From positions 10,227 to 34,226 of the forward strand of contig PERU01000028.1 of the NCBI GenBank assembly GCA_002928965.1: a DNA stretch of 24,000 nt, given 5' to 3'. This document shows positions 16,340 to 24,000 of the stretch, in pieces. The stretch comes from Methylomonas sp. Its GTDB lineage: Bacteria; Pseudomonadota; Gammaproteobacteria; Methylococcales; Methylomonadaceae. Position numbers and translations under genes: made by a program. Each line of letters starts with the position of its first letter. Positions within the stretch are counted from its first letter, which is position 1. The notes beneath the pieces are model-generated. The model made no database searches. It was not told the DNA's origin and saw nothing but the letters and a program-made list of their open reading frames with translations.

Positions 16340-17143
16340 ATGCATGCATTGATTACCGGCAACACCAAAATACTAGGCGTCATCGCCGACCCCGTCAGCC
16401 AGGCTAGAACGCCCGCCATGGCAAACGCATTACTGCAAGAGCGCGGGCTTTTGGGTTCGTTCGTTATGTTGCCGATGCACGTGCCTGCGGAAGGCTACCT
16501 GTCATTTTTTGCAGGCCTACGAACTTTAAACAACTTTGGCGGTGCAGTCGTCTCCATGCCTCATAAAATCGTTACCGCCCGTTTAGTCGATGAACTTACC
16601 CCAGAAGCACGCTTGGTCGGCGCCGTGAATGCGGTTCGCCGAAACAGCGACGGCCGTCTCATTGGCACCATGCTGGACGGTGAGGGTTTCATTTCCGGAC
16701 TGGTCTCCGCCGGACACTGCGTGACGGGGGCCCATATTCTTCTTGTCGGAGCCGGGGGTGCGGCATCGGCCATTGCTTTCGCGCTGGCAAAACACGGCTG
16801 CGCTTCACTTTGCATACAGAATCGAACGCCGGAAACAGCCAGCGCGCTGTTAGCGAGAGTCAGCCATGCCTATCCTCAAATGGAAATATCGACAGAGGTA
16901 TATTCGAATTGGCACTACGATATTGCTATCAACGCCACTTCTCTCGGCATGAAGTCCGATGATGAGCTACCGATTGCCAAGCGATTGATACGGCATTGCG
17001 ACTTGGTAGCCGAATGCGTGATCGCACCGGAAATGACGAACCTGCTGCAAGAAGCAGCTAATCAAGGAAAAGCAATTCACACCGGCGTTCCCATGTTGGC
17101 CGCACAAATGAATCTGATGTTGGCGTTTATGGGAGCCGAGTGA
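16340..17143 (+). CDS. Shikimate/quinate 5-dehydrogenase family protein (AroE-like paralogue)
   Basis: ..GVIADPVSQARTPAM.., ..GGAVVSMPHK.., GAVNAV and the Rossmann loop LLVGAGGAASAIAFAL. Confidence 0.85.
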   Translation: MHALITGNTKILGVIADPVSQARTPAMANALLQERGLLGSFVMLPMHVPAEGYLSFFAGLRTLNNFGGAVVSMPHKIVTARLVDELTPEARLVGAVNAVRRNSDGRLIGTMLDGEGFISGLVSAGHCVTGAHILLVGAGGAASAIAFALAKHGCASLCIQNRTPETASALLARVSHAYPQMEISTEVYSNWHYDIAINATSLGMKSDDELPIAKRLIRHCDLVAECVIAPEMTNLLQEAANQGKAIHTGVPMLAAQMNLMLAFMGAE

Positions 17144-17258
17144 GATGCAATATGCCCAGAGAGCTTGTCGATACATAGCAAATCCTGGATTGTGGTTGCA
17201 GTTATAGCCGGATAATAAACGAGCTGCACGCCGGAAATTACAAGTTTCAAACCATACC

Positions 17259-17274
17259 CTGTCAACACTGACAG
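17259..17274. promoter_or_regulatory. Second lux-box-type palindrome CTGTCAACACTGACAG
   Basis: 18 of 20 nt are identical to 11870..11889, including the shared 3' flank TTGT. It sits in the 206-bp gap before the DUF4260 gene. TGTAAT lies 24 nt downstream (17299..17304). Confidence 0.5.
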
Positions 17275-17349
17275 TTGTCGAAAGACATCAACCCGGGTTG
17301 TAATGAACCCAAAACAATCAGTTTCTATGCAGGAATTGCTGGAGTCAAA

Positions 17350-17751
17350 ATGCTAGGTGAAACAACAGGTGCCGTTCGTGTTTTATTGCGGCTGGAGGGA
17401 TTTTGCATGCTGATTGCGGCCTGCATCGCTTACGCAAAACTCGATCTGGACTGGAGCACTTTCGCAATCTACTTCCTGGTACCCGATATTTCTTTGCTCG
17501 GTTATTTCGCGGGCGCCAAGGTTGGCGCCATTAGCTATAACACTGCGCACTCATACCTCGGGGCCATTGCCAGCCTGGTAATCGGCTTTACGGTGCCGTC
17601 CCCGGCACTGCAATGTGCCGGTTTAATCTGGTGTGCCCACATCGGCTTTGATAGGGCGCTGGGTTACGGACTCAAATACCCGGAGGGATTCGGTTTTACC
17701 CATCTTGGCCGCATCGGGCGATTGGCTGTCAAACATTCAGACGTGCAATAA
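17350..17751 (+). CDS. DUF4260 family membrane protein
   Basis: ..LLRLEG.. ..PDISLLGY.. ..YNTAHSY.. ..HIGFDRALGYGLKYPEGF..THLG is the DUF4260 pattern as I recall it. I chose the ATG at 17350 (GGAG upstream) over the TTG at 17275, which would overlap the palindrome. Confidence 0.7.
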   Translation: MLGETTGAVRVLLRLEGFCMLIAACIAYAKLDLDWSTFAIYFLVPDISLLGYFAGAKVGAISYNTAHSYLGAIASLVIGFTVPSPALQCAGLIWCAHIGFDRALGYGLKYPEGFGFTHLGRIGRLAVKHSDVQ

Positions 17752-17783
17752 CCGGGTTTTCCGGAACATTTAGGGAACATTGG

Positions 17784-18467
17784 ATGGCTTTTACACTCGA
17801 CAAAGTCGTACCTTGGGGACGTTCATACACCGAATATGTCAGCATGTTTGGTCTGACCGAGGCCGATCTTGGCAGACATATTCTGGGCTGTGGTGACGGG
17901 CCTGCAGGGTTTAACGCTGAACTGACCAAACGCGGCGGTGCAGTGGTTTCTGTTGATCCTGTCTATATCTTTGATGTCGAGCAGATTAAAAGCCGCATAG
18001 CGGAGACCTATGAAACTGTCATGGCTCAAATGCGTTACAACCAAACCGACTACGTATGGGAAGTCATTCCATCAATAGAAGCGCTCGGAGAAATCCGAAT
18101 GTCGGCTATGAGTTCTTTCCTCGCCGATTTCGAGTTGGGCAAGCAACAAGGCCGATATGTAGCTGGAGAGTTACCTTCGCTGCCTTTCGAAAACGGAAAA
18201 TTCGATATTGCCTTGTCGTCGCATTTTCTGTTTTTGTACAGCGCACACTTGTCGGCAGAATTTCATCTTCAAGCGTTACAGGAAATGTTACGCGTCGCTA
18301 GGGAGGTGCGGGTATTTCCGCTGCTTGCGCTGGATGGATCGGTATCGCCTTATCTTTCTCTTGTCAGCGAAGAATTTGCCAGCCGAGGTTTTGATGTGCA
18401 GATTAATAAGGTTGTATACGAATTTCAGCGCGGAGGTGATCAAATGCTAACCATCAAACCAAAATAG
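17784..18467 (+). CDS. Class I SAM-dependent methyltransferase
   Basis: Motif I ILGCGDGPAGFNAEL, followed by VVSVDP. Confidence 0.8.
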   Translation: MAFTLDKVVPWGRSYTEYVSMFGLTEADLGRHILGCGDGPAGFNAELTKRGGAVVSVDPVYIFDVEQIKSRIAETYETVMAQMRYNQTDYVWEVIPSIEALGEIRMSAMSSFLADFELGKQQGRYVAGELPSLPFENGKFDIALSSHFLFLYSAHLSAEFHLQALQEMLRVAREVRVFPLLALDGSVSPYLSLVSEEFASRGFDVQINKVVYEFQRGGDQMLTIKPK

Positions 18468-18507
18468 CGAACTTGAATTAAAGCGGCTGTCGCATGTGAG
18501 TACGCGA

Positions 18508-18990
18508 ATGAAATTGAAGTTTTTACAAGCAACACCAGACCACGCAGAAATTATCGGCTCGCTGGTCGTCCAGCTTACGCAGGAAATCTGCGAGCGCACC
18601 CACGCGCAGCATTTCGATATTGACTTGGCAGGTACGGTTCAGCGCTGTGCCGAGTTGTTATCGGCAGGCCACTACGCGGCTATTATTGGCTGGTCGGATA
18701 ATATCCCAGTGGCTGTTTCGACCATCACCCAAACGTACGCTTTATATGCATGTGGAAAAATAGGCGTCATTCAAGAGTTATACGTTATTCCTGAGTTTCG
18801 CTGTTCGGGTGTTGGCGCCCTGTTGATTGAACAGGTTAGAAGTTACGGGCAACAGCGCGGTTGGTCCTGCATTGAGTTATGCACGCCGCCGCTCCCGGAA
18901 TTTGAGCGGACATTAAGTTTTTATCAGCATAATGGTCTTATTCCGGTTGGCGGTCGGAAAATGAGACAGAATTTAGCTACAAATGGCTAA
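18508..18990 (+). CDS. GNAT family N-acetyltransferase
   Basis: Motif A ..ELYVIPEFRCSGVGALLIEQV.. and a size of about 160 aa. Confidence 0.8.
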   Translation: MKLKFLQATPDHAEIIGSLVVQLTQEICERTHAQHFDIDLAGTVQRCAELLSAGHYAAIIGWSDNIPVAVSTITQTYALYACGKIGVIQELYVIPEFRCSGVGALLIEQVRSYGQQRGWSCIELCTPPLPEFERTLSFYQHNGLIPVGGRKMRQNLATNG

Positions 18991-19031
18991 GTAATCGTGT
19001 ACTTTGCATTAGATGCCATGGAGGAAGGTTG

Positions 19032-19598
19032 ATGAAATACGGTAGCTGGTTGGTCGTGATTCTTCTGCTGTTGCCGATTTCTGCGTTTGCTTTTTTCAGA
19101 CCGGTTCGGGCGCTGATTCCGGAAGCATTTGGCGTCCGTTGCAACGAACAAAACCTATGCATAGACGATTTTTCTCAGCTGGCAGTAGCTGAATCGTTAC
19201 TCGACGACTCGAAAAGTTATCTTGCCACGCAATGGGGCTTGTCTATTGGCGAGCCGAAGATCATTTTTTGTAGCACGGAGCAATGCCGGTCTGCATTCGG
19301 CCTATCGAACAAGGCTGGATTCACCTTGGGCAGTTTCGCTATCGTCATCGCGCCGCGAGGTTGGCGGCAACACTACGTGGCGCATGAGCTCATCCATCAT
19401 TGGCAGGCCGACCGCTTTGGCAGCCTGGCGCTGCTAACCGGTGAGCAGTGGCTAATCGAAGGCATGGCCTATGCCCTGAGTAACGATCCGCGAGTAGCAC
19501 TGCATGAGCCATTTGAATCCTATCGTCAGTGGTTCAATGACTGGTACAGACTCAATGCCGATATCCCACTCAAGGAATCGTTGGGTGGGGTACTTTAA
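19032..19598 (+). CDS. Secreted or membrane-anchored HExxH protein (peptidase-MA-like)
   Basis: N-terminal hydrophobic signal/anchor LVVILLLLPISAFA. HELIHHW is followed by ..WLIEGMAYAL, giving the gluzincin-style HExxH...E arrangement. GGAGGA SD. Confidence 0.6.
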   Translation: MKYGSWLVVILLLLPISAFAFFRPVRALIPEAFGVRCNEQNLCIDDFSQLAVAESLLDDSKSYLATQWGLSIGEPKIIFCSTEQCRSAFGLSNKAGFTLGSFAIVIAPRGWRQHYVAHELIHHWQADRFGSLALLTGEQWLIEGMAYALSNDPRVALHEPFESYRQWFNDWYRLNADIPLKESLGGVL

Positions 19599-19716
19599 AA
19601 ATGGCGTCTATTAGACTCATATCCCATCCAAAAAATTGGCTTGGTACGATAAGTCTTAGGCAGTCATTTAGCCCGGTTGCTCAGCACCTCAATTCATATC
19701 ACTACCTGCTATCATA

Positions 19717-20409
19717 ATGAAATATAAAGTAATTATTTTTGATTTCAATGGCGTTTTGCTTTGGGATGCACCGCTTCACGTTCAGGCCTGGCAAGCGACG
19801 GCGCTGCGACTCAGAGGCTCACCCTTAAGCGACGATGAATTTTCAATCCATGTGCATGGCCGTACCAATAGTTACATTTTGGGTTATCTCAGCGGCCATA
19901 GTCTTCGAGAAACAGAACTACTGGAGCTGATCCAGGTCAAGGAGTCCATGTACCGGGATTTATGCTTAAAAAATCCAGAAATGTTTGTCTTGTCTCCCGG
20001 TGCCGAAGCACTGCTCGACTTGGTTTCTAGCAAAGATATACCGCGCACCATTGCGACAGCCTCCGAAAAAACCAATCTGGATTTTTTCGTCCAGCACCTC
20101 GGTCTGGATAAGTGGTTCGATCTGCAACGGATTGTCTACGATGACGGTACTCTTCCCGGTAAGCCTGCGCCGGATATGTATGCTAAGGCGGCGGGTAATA
20201 TTGGTTTGCTACCGCACGAATGCGTAGTTGTCGAAGATGCTATTTCCGGTTTCCAATCCGCCCAGGCCGCCAACATTGGCCATGTCGTCGGTCTTGGTCC
20301 GCTTGAGACGCATAACAGGCTTCTCGGCTGCCAGGGCGTCTCGACCGTGATCGCGAGTTTTGAGCAATTTCCGCTCGAGTTGTTGGTCAATGCATGGCTT
20401 GATAATTGA
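19717..20409 (+). CDS. HAD-superfamily hydrolase (beta-phosphoglucomutase-like subfamily IA) with an atypical motif I
   Basis: Motif I is IIFDFNGVL (D-x-N instead of D-x-D). Motif II is IATAS, motif III is GKPAPD and motif IV is VEDAISG. Confidence 0.85.
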   Translation: MKYKVIIFDFNGVLLWDAPLHVQAWQATALRLRGSPLSDDEFSIHVHGRTNSYILGYLSGHSLRETELLELIQVKESMYRDLCLKNPEMFVLSPGAEALLDLVSSKDIPRTIATASEKTNLDFFVQHLGLDKWFDLQRIVYDDGTLPGKPAPDMYAKAAGNIGLLPHECVVVEDAISGFQSAQAANIGHVVGLGPLETHNRLLGCQGVSTVIASFEQFPLELLVNAWLDN

Positions 20410-20484
20410 AAACGGTTCGATGCAAATACAGACCAAAAGACAGGAGCCGGCCAGCTATGGCGTATCAATTAGTCAACGCGGTAG

Positions 20485-21144
20485 ATGAACAATATTTGTG
20501 TCATCTTCGATTTGGACGGCACGCTGGTTGACAGCGAGGGACTGTGCAATCAAGCCTTTCTCGATCTGCTTCCGCAATTGCATGATCCACTGGTGACCTT
20601 GACCGAGCGCTATCGCGGCCAAAAACTAAGCTCGATTCTGATTGACCTTGAAAACCGTCTTGGCCTAAATCTGCAAAATTCGTTTGAACAGCACTATCGC
20701 CAGCGTGTTGCGGAACTCTTCGCGCGTGATTTGAAACCCATGCCAGGCGTTTTGGAAATGCTCGCAACCCTGAATTCGCCGAAATGCATTGCCTCCAGCG
20801 GACCACTTCCGAAAATCCGTCAGGCCTTGAAAGTCAGCGGTCTTGCCGCTTATTTTGGTGACAATCTATTCAGTTCGTATGAGATCGGTTCATGGAAACC
20901 CGATCCGGGTTTATTCCAATATGCCGCCCATGCGATGGGCTTTGTGCCTAGTCAGTGCGCGGTGATTGAAGATAGTGAAGTGGGGATTGAGGCTGCCATA
21001 GCAGCAGGCATGACGCCGCTTTACTATGTACAAACCGGCGTGACCACTTCGTATCAGAGCGCGGGCAATGTTGTATTCGATGATATGTCGCAGCTGCCGC
21101 AACTGCTCGAGCAATTTGCTAATATGACCCAATTCAGCCGTTAG
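20485..21144 (+). CDS. HAD-superfamily phosphatase (subfamily IA)
   Basis: Canonical motif I VIFDLDGTLVDSE, plus ..ASSG.., ..KPDP.. and ..EDSEVGIEAA.. Confidence 0.85.
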   Translation: MNNICVIFDLDGTLVDSEGLCNQAFLDLLPQLHDPLVTLTERYRGQKLSSILIDLENRLGLNLQNSFEQHYRQRVAELFARDLKPMPGVLEMLATLNSPKCIASSGPLPKIRQALKVSGLAAYFGDNLFSSYEIGSWKPDPGLFQYAAHAMGFVPSQCAVIEDSEVGIEAAIAAGMTPLYYVQTGVTTSYQSAGNVVFDDMSQLPQLLEQFANMTQFSR

Positions 21145-21167
21145 CCATTCAAACCACAGAGACAGAC

Positions 21168-21509
21168 ATGGGCAAGCACTTCTACGAACTATCCGCCAAA
21201 CATATCCACTTTATCAGCGCGCGGAAACTGTTTTTCGTCGGGATGTTAATGGCTTTGGTATTCCTGACGCTGTTTTCAAAATCGGCCTCGCCGACTTCGA
21301 TCCTGGCATATGTGCTGTTGTTGGCGGGTGGCTTGGGCAATCTGATCAATCGATTGATCTATGGCGGCTATGTGGTGGATTTTATCAATATCGGCATCGG
21401 ACCAATCCGCACCGGCGTGTTCAATGTCGCCGATGTGGTCGTGATCGCCGGCGCACTGATGTTGTTTACTGGCATGCCCCGTGCTAACAAACGGCTGTCC
21501 GAGCGATGA
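21168..21509 (+). CDS. Truncated signal peptidase II (LspA)-like protein, 113 aa
   Basis: It matches only the C-terminal two-thirds of LspA: GGLGNLINRLIYGGYVVDFI and VFNVADVVVIAGALMLF. Both catalytic-Asp motifs are present. TM1 and the periplasmic N-terminal part are absent. Confidence 0.6.
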   Translation: MGKHFYELSAKHIHFISARKLFFVGMLMALVFLTLFSKSASPTSILAYVLLLAGGLGNLINRLIYGGYVVDFINIGIGPIRTGVFNVADVVVIAGALMLFTGMPRANKRLSER

Positions 21510-21823
21510 AACCATTCAGCGAATATCCGCAATACGATGCCTTGGGTCTGGCGCAACTGGTGCGATCCGGCGAAGTTTTGGCAGGGGAATTTCTGGACGC
21601 GATCATCACCAAAGCCGTGCAGCAAGCGCCGTTCACTCCGATTGCCAACATCACCGGCCAACCGGCCATGTCGGTGCCGCTGTATTGGAGCGACGACGGC
21701 TTGCCGCATGGCGCGCAGTTTATGGCCGCAACAGGTAACGACCGGCTGTTGTTCCAACTGGCCGCCCAGCTCGAACAGGCCGAGCCTTGGAAACACAGGA
21801 TGCCGCCGTTATGCAATCAATAA
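21506..21823 (+). pseudogene. Amidase-signature-family amidase remnant with a large in-frame internal deletion
   Basis: An N-terminal ~37 aa (..YDALGLAQLVRSGEV..EFLDAII) is joined directly to a C-terminal ~65 aa (..ANITGQPAMSVPL..GLPHGAQFMA..LLFQLAAQLEQAEPW). The catalytic Lys/Ser/Ser core (about 350-400 aa) is missing. Confidence 0.7.
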
Positions 21824-22635
21824 AATTCAGTCAATTCGGCGCCGCCGACGGCCAGCCGGTGATTTATTTCCACGGCACGCCGGGTTCGCCTGTCGAATGC
21901 GAAATTTTTGACCTTTATGGCAAACAACATCATCTGACCATCATTTGTTATGACCGCTCGACCATAGCCCCTCGGTTGCAAGGTGCTGCGTATTATCAAT
22001 GTATAGCCGAAGAGATTGCCAAGAAGGTTGGCGATAAACCCGTCGATTTTATTGGCTTTTCGATCGGAGCATTCGTAGCCTTACAAGTATGCCGCGCGAT
22101 GAACGGCAAAGTCCGCAGCCTGCATTTGGTTTCCGCGGCCGCGCCGCTGGATGCCGGTAACTTTATCGACGCGGCGGCGGGAAAAGCCGTTTTCCGGCTG
22201 GCTCAAAATCATCCGTCGGCATTTCTGCGGCTGGCTCGCGTACAAGGATGGCTGGCGAGTATTTTTCCCGGCCTGTTGTTGCGAATGTTATTTTCCAGCG
22301 CGGCCGGTGAAGGCAAGGCTTTGGCAGCGGACAAGACGTTTCGGATCGCCATGACCCGAACGCTCAAAACCTGTTTCAAGCGCGATTCGCTAGGCTACAC
22401 TCGCGACGTTATTGCCTACGTGCAGCCCTGGAAAGCGACGCTGGCCGATATAAGCGTCGATACTCATATCTGGCACGGTGCGGAAGACAATTGGTCGCCG
22501 GTTGCCATGGCGGATTATTTGGCATCGGCGTTGCCTGGCTGTTCGAACATCACGGTACTGGACGGACTTTCCCATTACTCCTGCCTGTATCGAGCCGCGC
22601 CGACGATATGTATGTCGATCAAAACGTTAAGTTAA
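21811..22635 (+). CDS. Alpha/beta hydrolase
   Basis: HGTPGS oxyanion region, nucleophile elbow GFSIG, a late AEDNW (Asp) and LSHYS (His). I preferred the ATG at 21811; it overlaps the remnant's end. Confidence 0.8.
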   Translation: MQSIKFSQFGAADGQPVIYFHGTPGSPVECEIFDLYGKQHHLTIICYDRSTIAPRLQGAAYYQCIAEEIAKKVGDKPVDFIGFSIGAFVALQVCRAMNGKVRSLHLVSAAAPLDAGNFIDAAAGKAVFRLAQNHPSAFLRLARVQGWLASIFPGLLLRMLFSSAAGEGKALAADKTFRIAMTRTLKTCFKRDSLGYTRDVIAYVQPWKATLADISVDTHIWHGAEDNWSPVAMADYLASALPGCSNITVLDGLSHYSCLYRAAPTICMSIKTLS

Positions 22636-22654
22636 ACAAGGAATTTACCCGCCC

Positions 22655-23344
22655 ATGACCAAATCAATTGCATTGCTTGGCGAATACACGCCGACATTTT
22701 CGCCCCATCTGTCGACCAACGCCGCCATCGAACATGCCAAGGCGGCTTCCGGTTTGGATATTAGCGCCGACTGGATTTCGACCGCCGATATTGATCATAC
22801 GTTGTTCGAACGCTACTCCGGCATCTGGATTGCGCCCGGTAGCCCTTACAAATACATGGATAAAACGCTGGCGGCGATTCGCCATGCCCGAGAAAACAAT
22901 ATCCCTTGCTTCGGTACCTGCGGCGGTTTTCAGCACATGATTATCGAATATGCCCGTAATGTACTGGGATTTAAAGACGCACAGCATGCCGAGTACGATC
23001 CGTATGCCTCGAATCTGTTTATCTCGCAGTTGGCTTGTTCGTTGGCCGGACGCGAGATGCAACTGAGCTTCGAACCCGATTCGCGCGTGGCGGCCATTTA
23101 CGGTGAAACAACCGCTACCGAGCAGTATTACTGCAATTTCGGCATCAACCCGGACTATGTCGATGCGCTGAAACAAGGTCCCATGCAAATAGCCGGCACC
23201 GATGCCGAAGGTGAGATTCGGGTGATCGAATGGCCTGGACATCCATTTTTCATCGGTACGCTATTCGTACCGCAAGCCCGGTCCACGCCGGAACAGCTGC
23301 ACCCTTTGGTTTCGGCGTTTTTAAGGGCCGTGGCAAATCTATGA
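22655..23344 (+). CDS. Stand-alone class I glutamine amidotransferase resembling the CTP synthase C-terminal (GATase) domain
   Basis: The nucleophile context FGTCGGFQHMIIEYARNVLG and the late HPFFIGTLFVPQ are both typical of the PyrG GATase domain. There is no synthetase domain. Confidence 0.8.
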   Translation: MTKSIALLGEYTPTFSPHLSTNAAIEHAKAASGLDISADWISTADIDHTLFERYSGIWIAPGSPYKYMDKTLAAIRHARENNIPCFGTCGGFQHMIIEYARNVLGFKDAQHAEYDPYASNLFISQLACSLAGREMQLSFEPDSRVAAIYGETTATEQYYCNFGINPDYVDALKQGPMQIAGTDAEGEIRVIEWPGHPFFIGTLFVPQARSTPEQLHPLVSAFLRAVANL

Positions 23345-23631
23345 ATGCTTATCTCATTTTGGATCTAACGATCCATGATTTTGATCGATTCCGAGAATAC
23401 ATCTTGAAAATACCGGCAGTCATAGAAAAACATTCCGGAAGGTACGTGGTCCGGGGCGAACAGCCTACCGTTATAGAGGGTGATTGGACGCCTGAAAGGG
23501 TTGTTGTCATCGAGTTTCCATCAAGAGAACAAGCTAACGGCTTTCTTCAAGACCCCGAAGCGCAACCGCTTTTTTCATTACGCCATCAAACGACTACCAG
23601 CAAACTCGTTTTAGTGGATGGATGTTTGTAA
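23341..23631 (+). CDS. DUF1330 domain protein
   Basis: MNAYLILDLTIHDFDRFREY...RVVVIEFPSREQANGF is the DUF1330 pattern. Its ATG overlaps the upstream TGA (ATGA at 23341..23344). Confidence 0.8.
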   Translation: MNAYLILDLTIHDFDRFREYILKIPAVIEKHSGRYVVRGEQPTVIEGDWTPERVVVIEFPSREQANGFLQDPEAQPLFSLRHQTTTSKLVLVDGCL

Positions 23632-23673
23632 CGCAATCGTAAAGTCCAACATATCAATGGTTAGATCATCAAA

Positions 23674-24000
23674 ATGGCACAAATCAAAATATACGGCATC
23701 AAAGACCATCTCAACCCCATCAAACGGCCATTGTCCGATGTGATTCATGAGTGTGTGGTGGAAGCGCTGCAGTTTCCGCAAGATAAGAGAGCGCATCGAT
23801 TCTTTCCTATGGAAAAAGACGACCTGTTCGCGCCATGCGGCAGGACCGACGCCTACACGATTATCGAAATCAGCATGATCACCGGCCGGGAGACCGCCAC
23901 CAAGAAAAAACTCATCCGTTTGCTGTTCGACCGCATTCAGGAACAGATCGGCATTGCCCACCAGGACATCGAAATTTGCATATATGAAAGTCCTGCCTGC
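23674..24000 (+). CDS. Tautomerase-family (Tautomerase_2-like) protein; the 3' end runs off the window
   Basis: My translation is MAQIKIYGIKDHLNPIKRPLSDVIHECVVEALQFPQDKRAHRFFP..TIIEISMITGRETATKKKLIRLLF.., and it stays open to the window edge. The track ORF 23611..23961(-) is antisense to it. Confidence 0.75.
   Translation, partial: MAQIKIYGIKDHLNPIKRPLSDVIHECVVEALQFPQDKRAHRFFPMEKDDLFAPCGRTDAYTIIEISMITGRETATKKKLIRLLFDRIQEQIGIAHQDIEICIYESPAC

Noticed and set aside
16499-16514. CTGTCATTTTTTGCAG, a third CT-N12-AG string sharing the left half-site of the lux-type boxes.
   Set aside because: It lies inside the shikimate-dehydrogenase-family coding region. Its right half-site has two mismatches and it lacks the TTGT flank.
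22664-23242. A 192-aa minus-strand ORF. Similar cases are 5587..6087, 8624..8950, 15543..15905, 21368..21796 and 23611..23961.
   Set aside because: Each is antisense or off-frame to a gene with recognisable family motifs. None has motifs of its own.
12061-24000. Chromosomal integron cassette array. The array has many small unrelated same-strand ORFs, and several stops read TAAC as in an attC R'' box.
   Set aside because: No intI gene is present in the window. Several gaps (6, 11, 23 and 29 nt) are too short for an attC. Apart from one GTTAAGT at 15029..15035, I found no matching GTTRRRY R' sites or extended imperfect inverted repeats between the genes.
1-24000. tRNA genes, rRNA genes, CRISPR repeats, IS elements or transposases, integrases, and known defence-system genes.
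   Set aside because: A scan by eye found no T-loop/acceptor patterns, no regularly spaced direct repeats, no terminal inverted repeats flanking a transposase-like ORF, and no nuclease, helicase or methylase-type defence proteins among the ORFs.

Overview
This 24-kb window looks like proteobacterial chromosome; RibB, LeuA and the Lrp-family protein look gammaproteobacterial by eye. I found no rRNA, tRNA, CRISPR array, transposase or integrase. All family calls come from motifs I recognised in the translations, since no database search was possible.

The left part (1-9.5 kb) carries housekeeping-type genes: a partial long-form leuA, a divergent Lrp/AsnC regulator, a lipoprotein serine hydrolase, a TfoX-N protein, an AraC regulator, an FMN riboswitch with ribB, and an EamA exporter. 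Small AT-richer two-gene inserts sit among them (a SnoaL-like protein with a P-loop kinase, and HxlR with MAPEG), along with several gene stubs.

The centre holds a LuxR-type AHL receptor with no synthase gene in the window. From 12061 to the window end there is an all-plus-strand array of about 20 small unrelated enzymes and exporters.

The observations most worth a second look:
- Two palindromes of the lux-box CT-N12-AG type, 18/20 identical (CTGTCAAyAyTGACAGTTGT). One lies between luxR and the array, the other inside the array. Each has a TNTAAT hexamer 23-24 nt downstream.
- A single ORF fusing an FMN reductase to a transglutaminase-like domain, tightly coupled to a CYTH protein and a small unknown protein.
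- ribB split by a 1-nt frameshift at a TAATG stop/start overlap, behind an intact riboswitch.
- The string T[AG]ACATGNTG directly after four successive gene-unit ends.
- Remnants: a mini-LspA, an internally deleted amidase, and GST-like and GNAT-like N-terminal stubs.

I see no known defence system. The candidate new system is the LuxR-solo, box-marked array, and it is offered as a hypothesis only.
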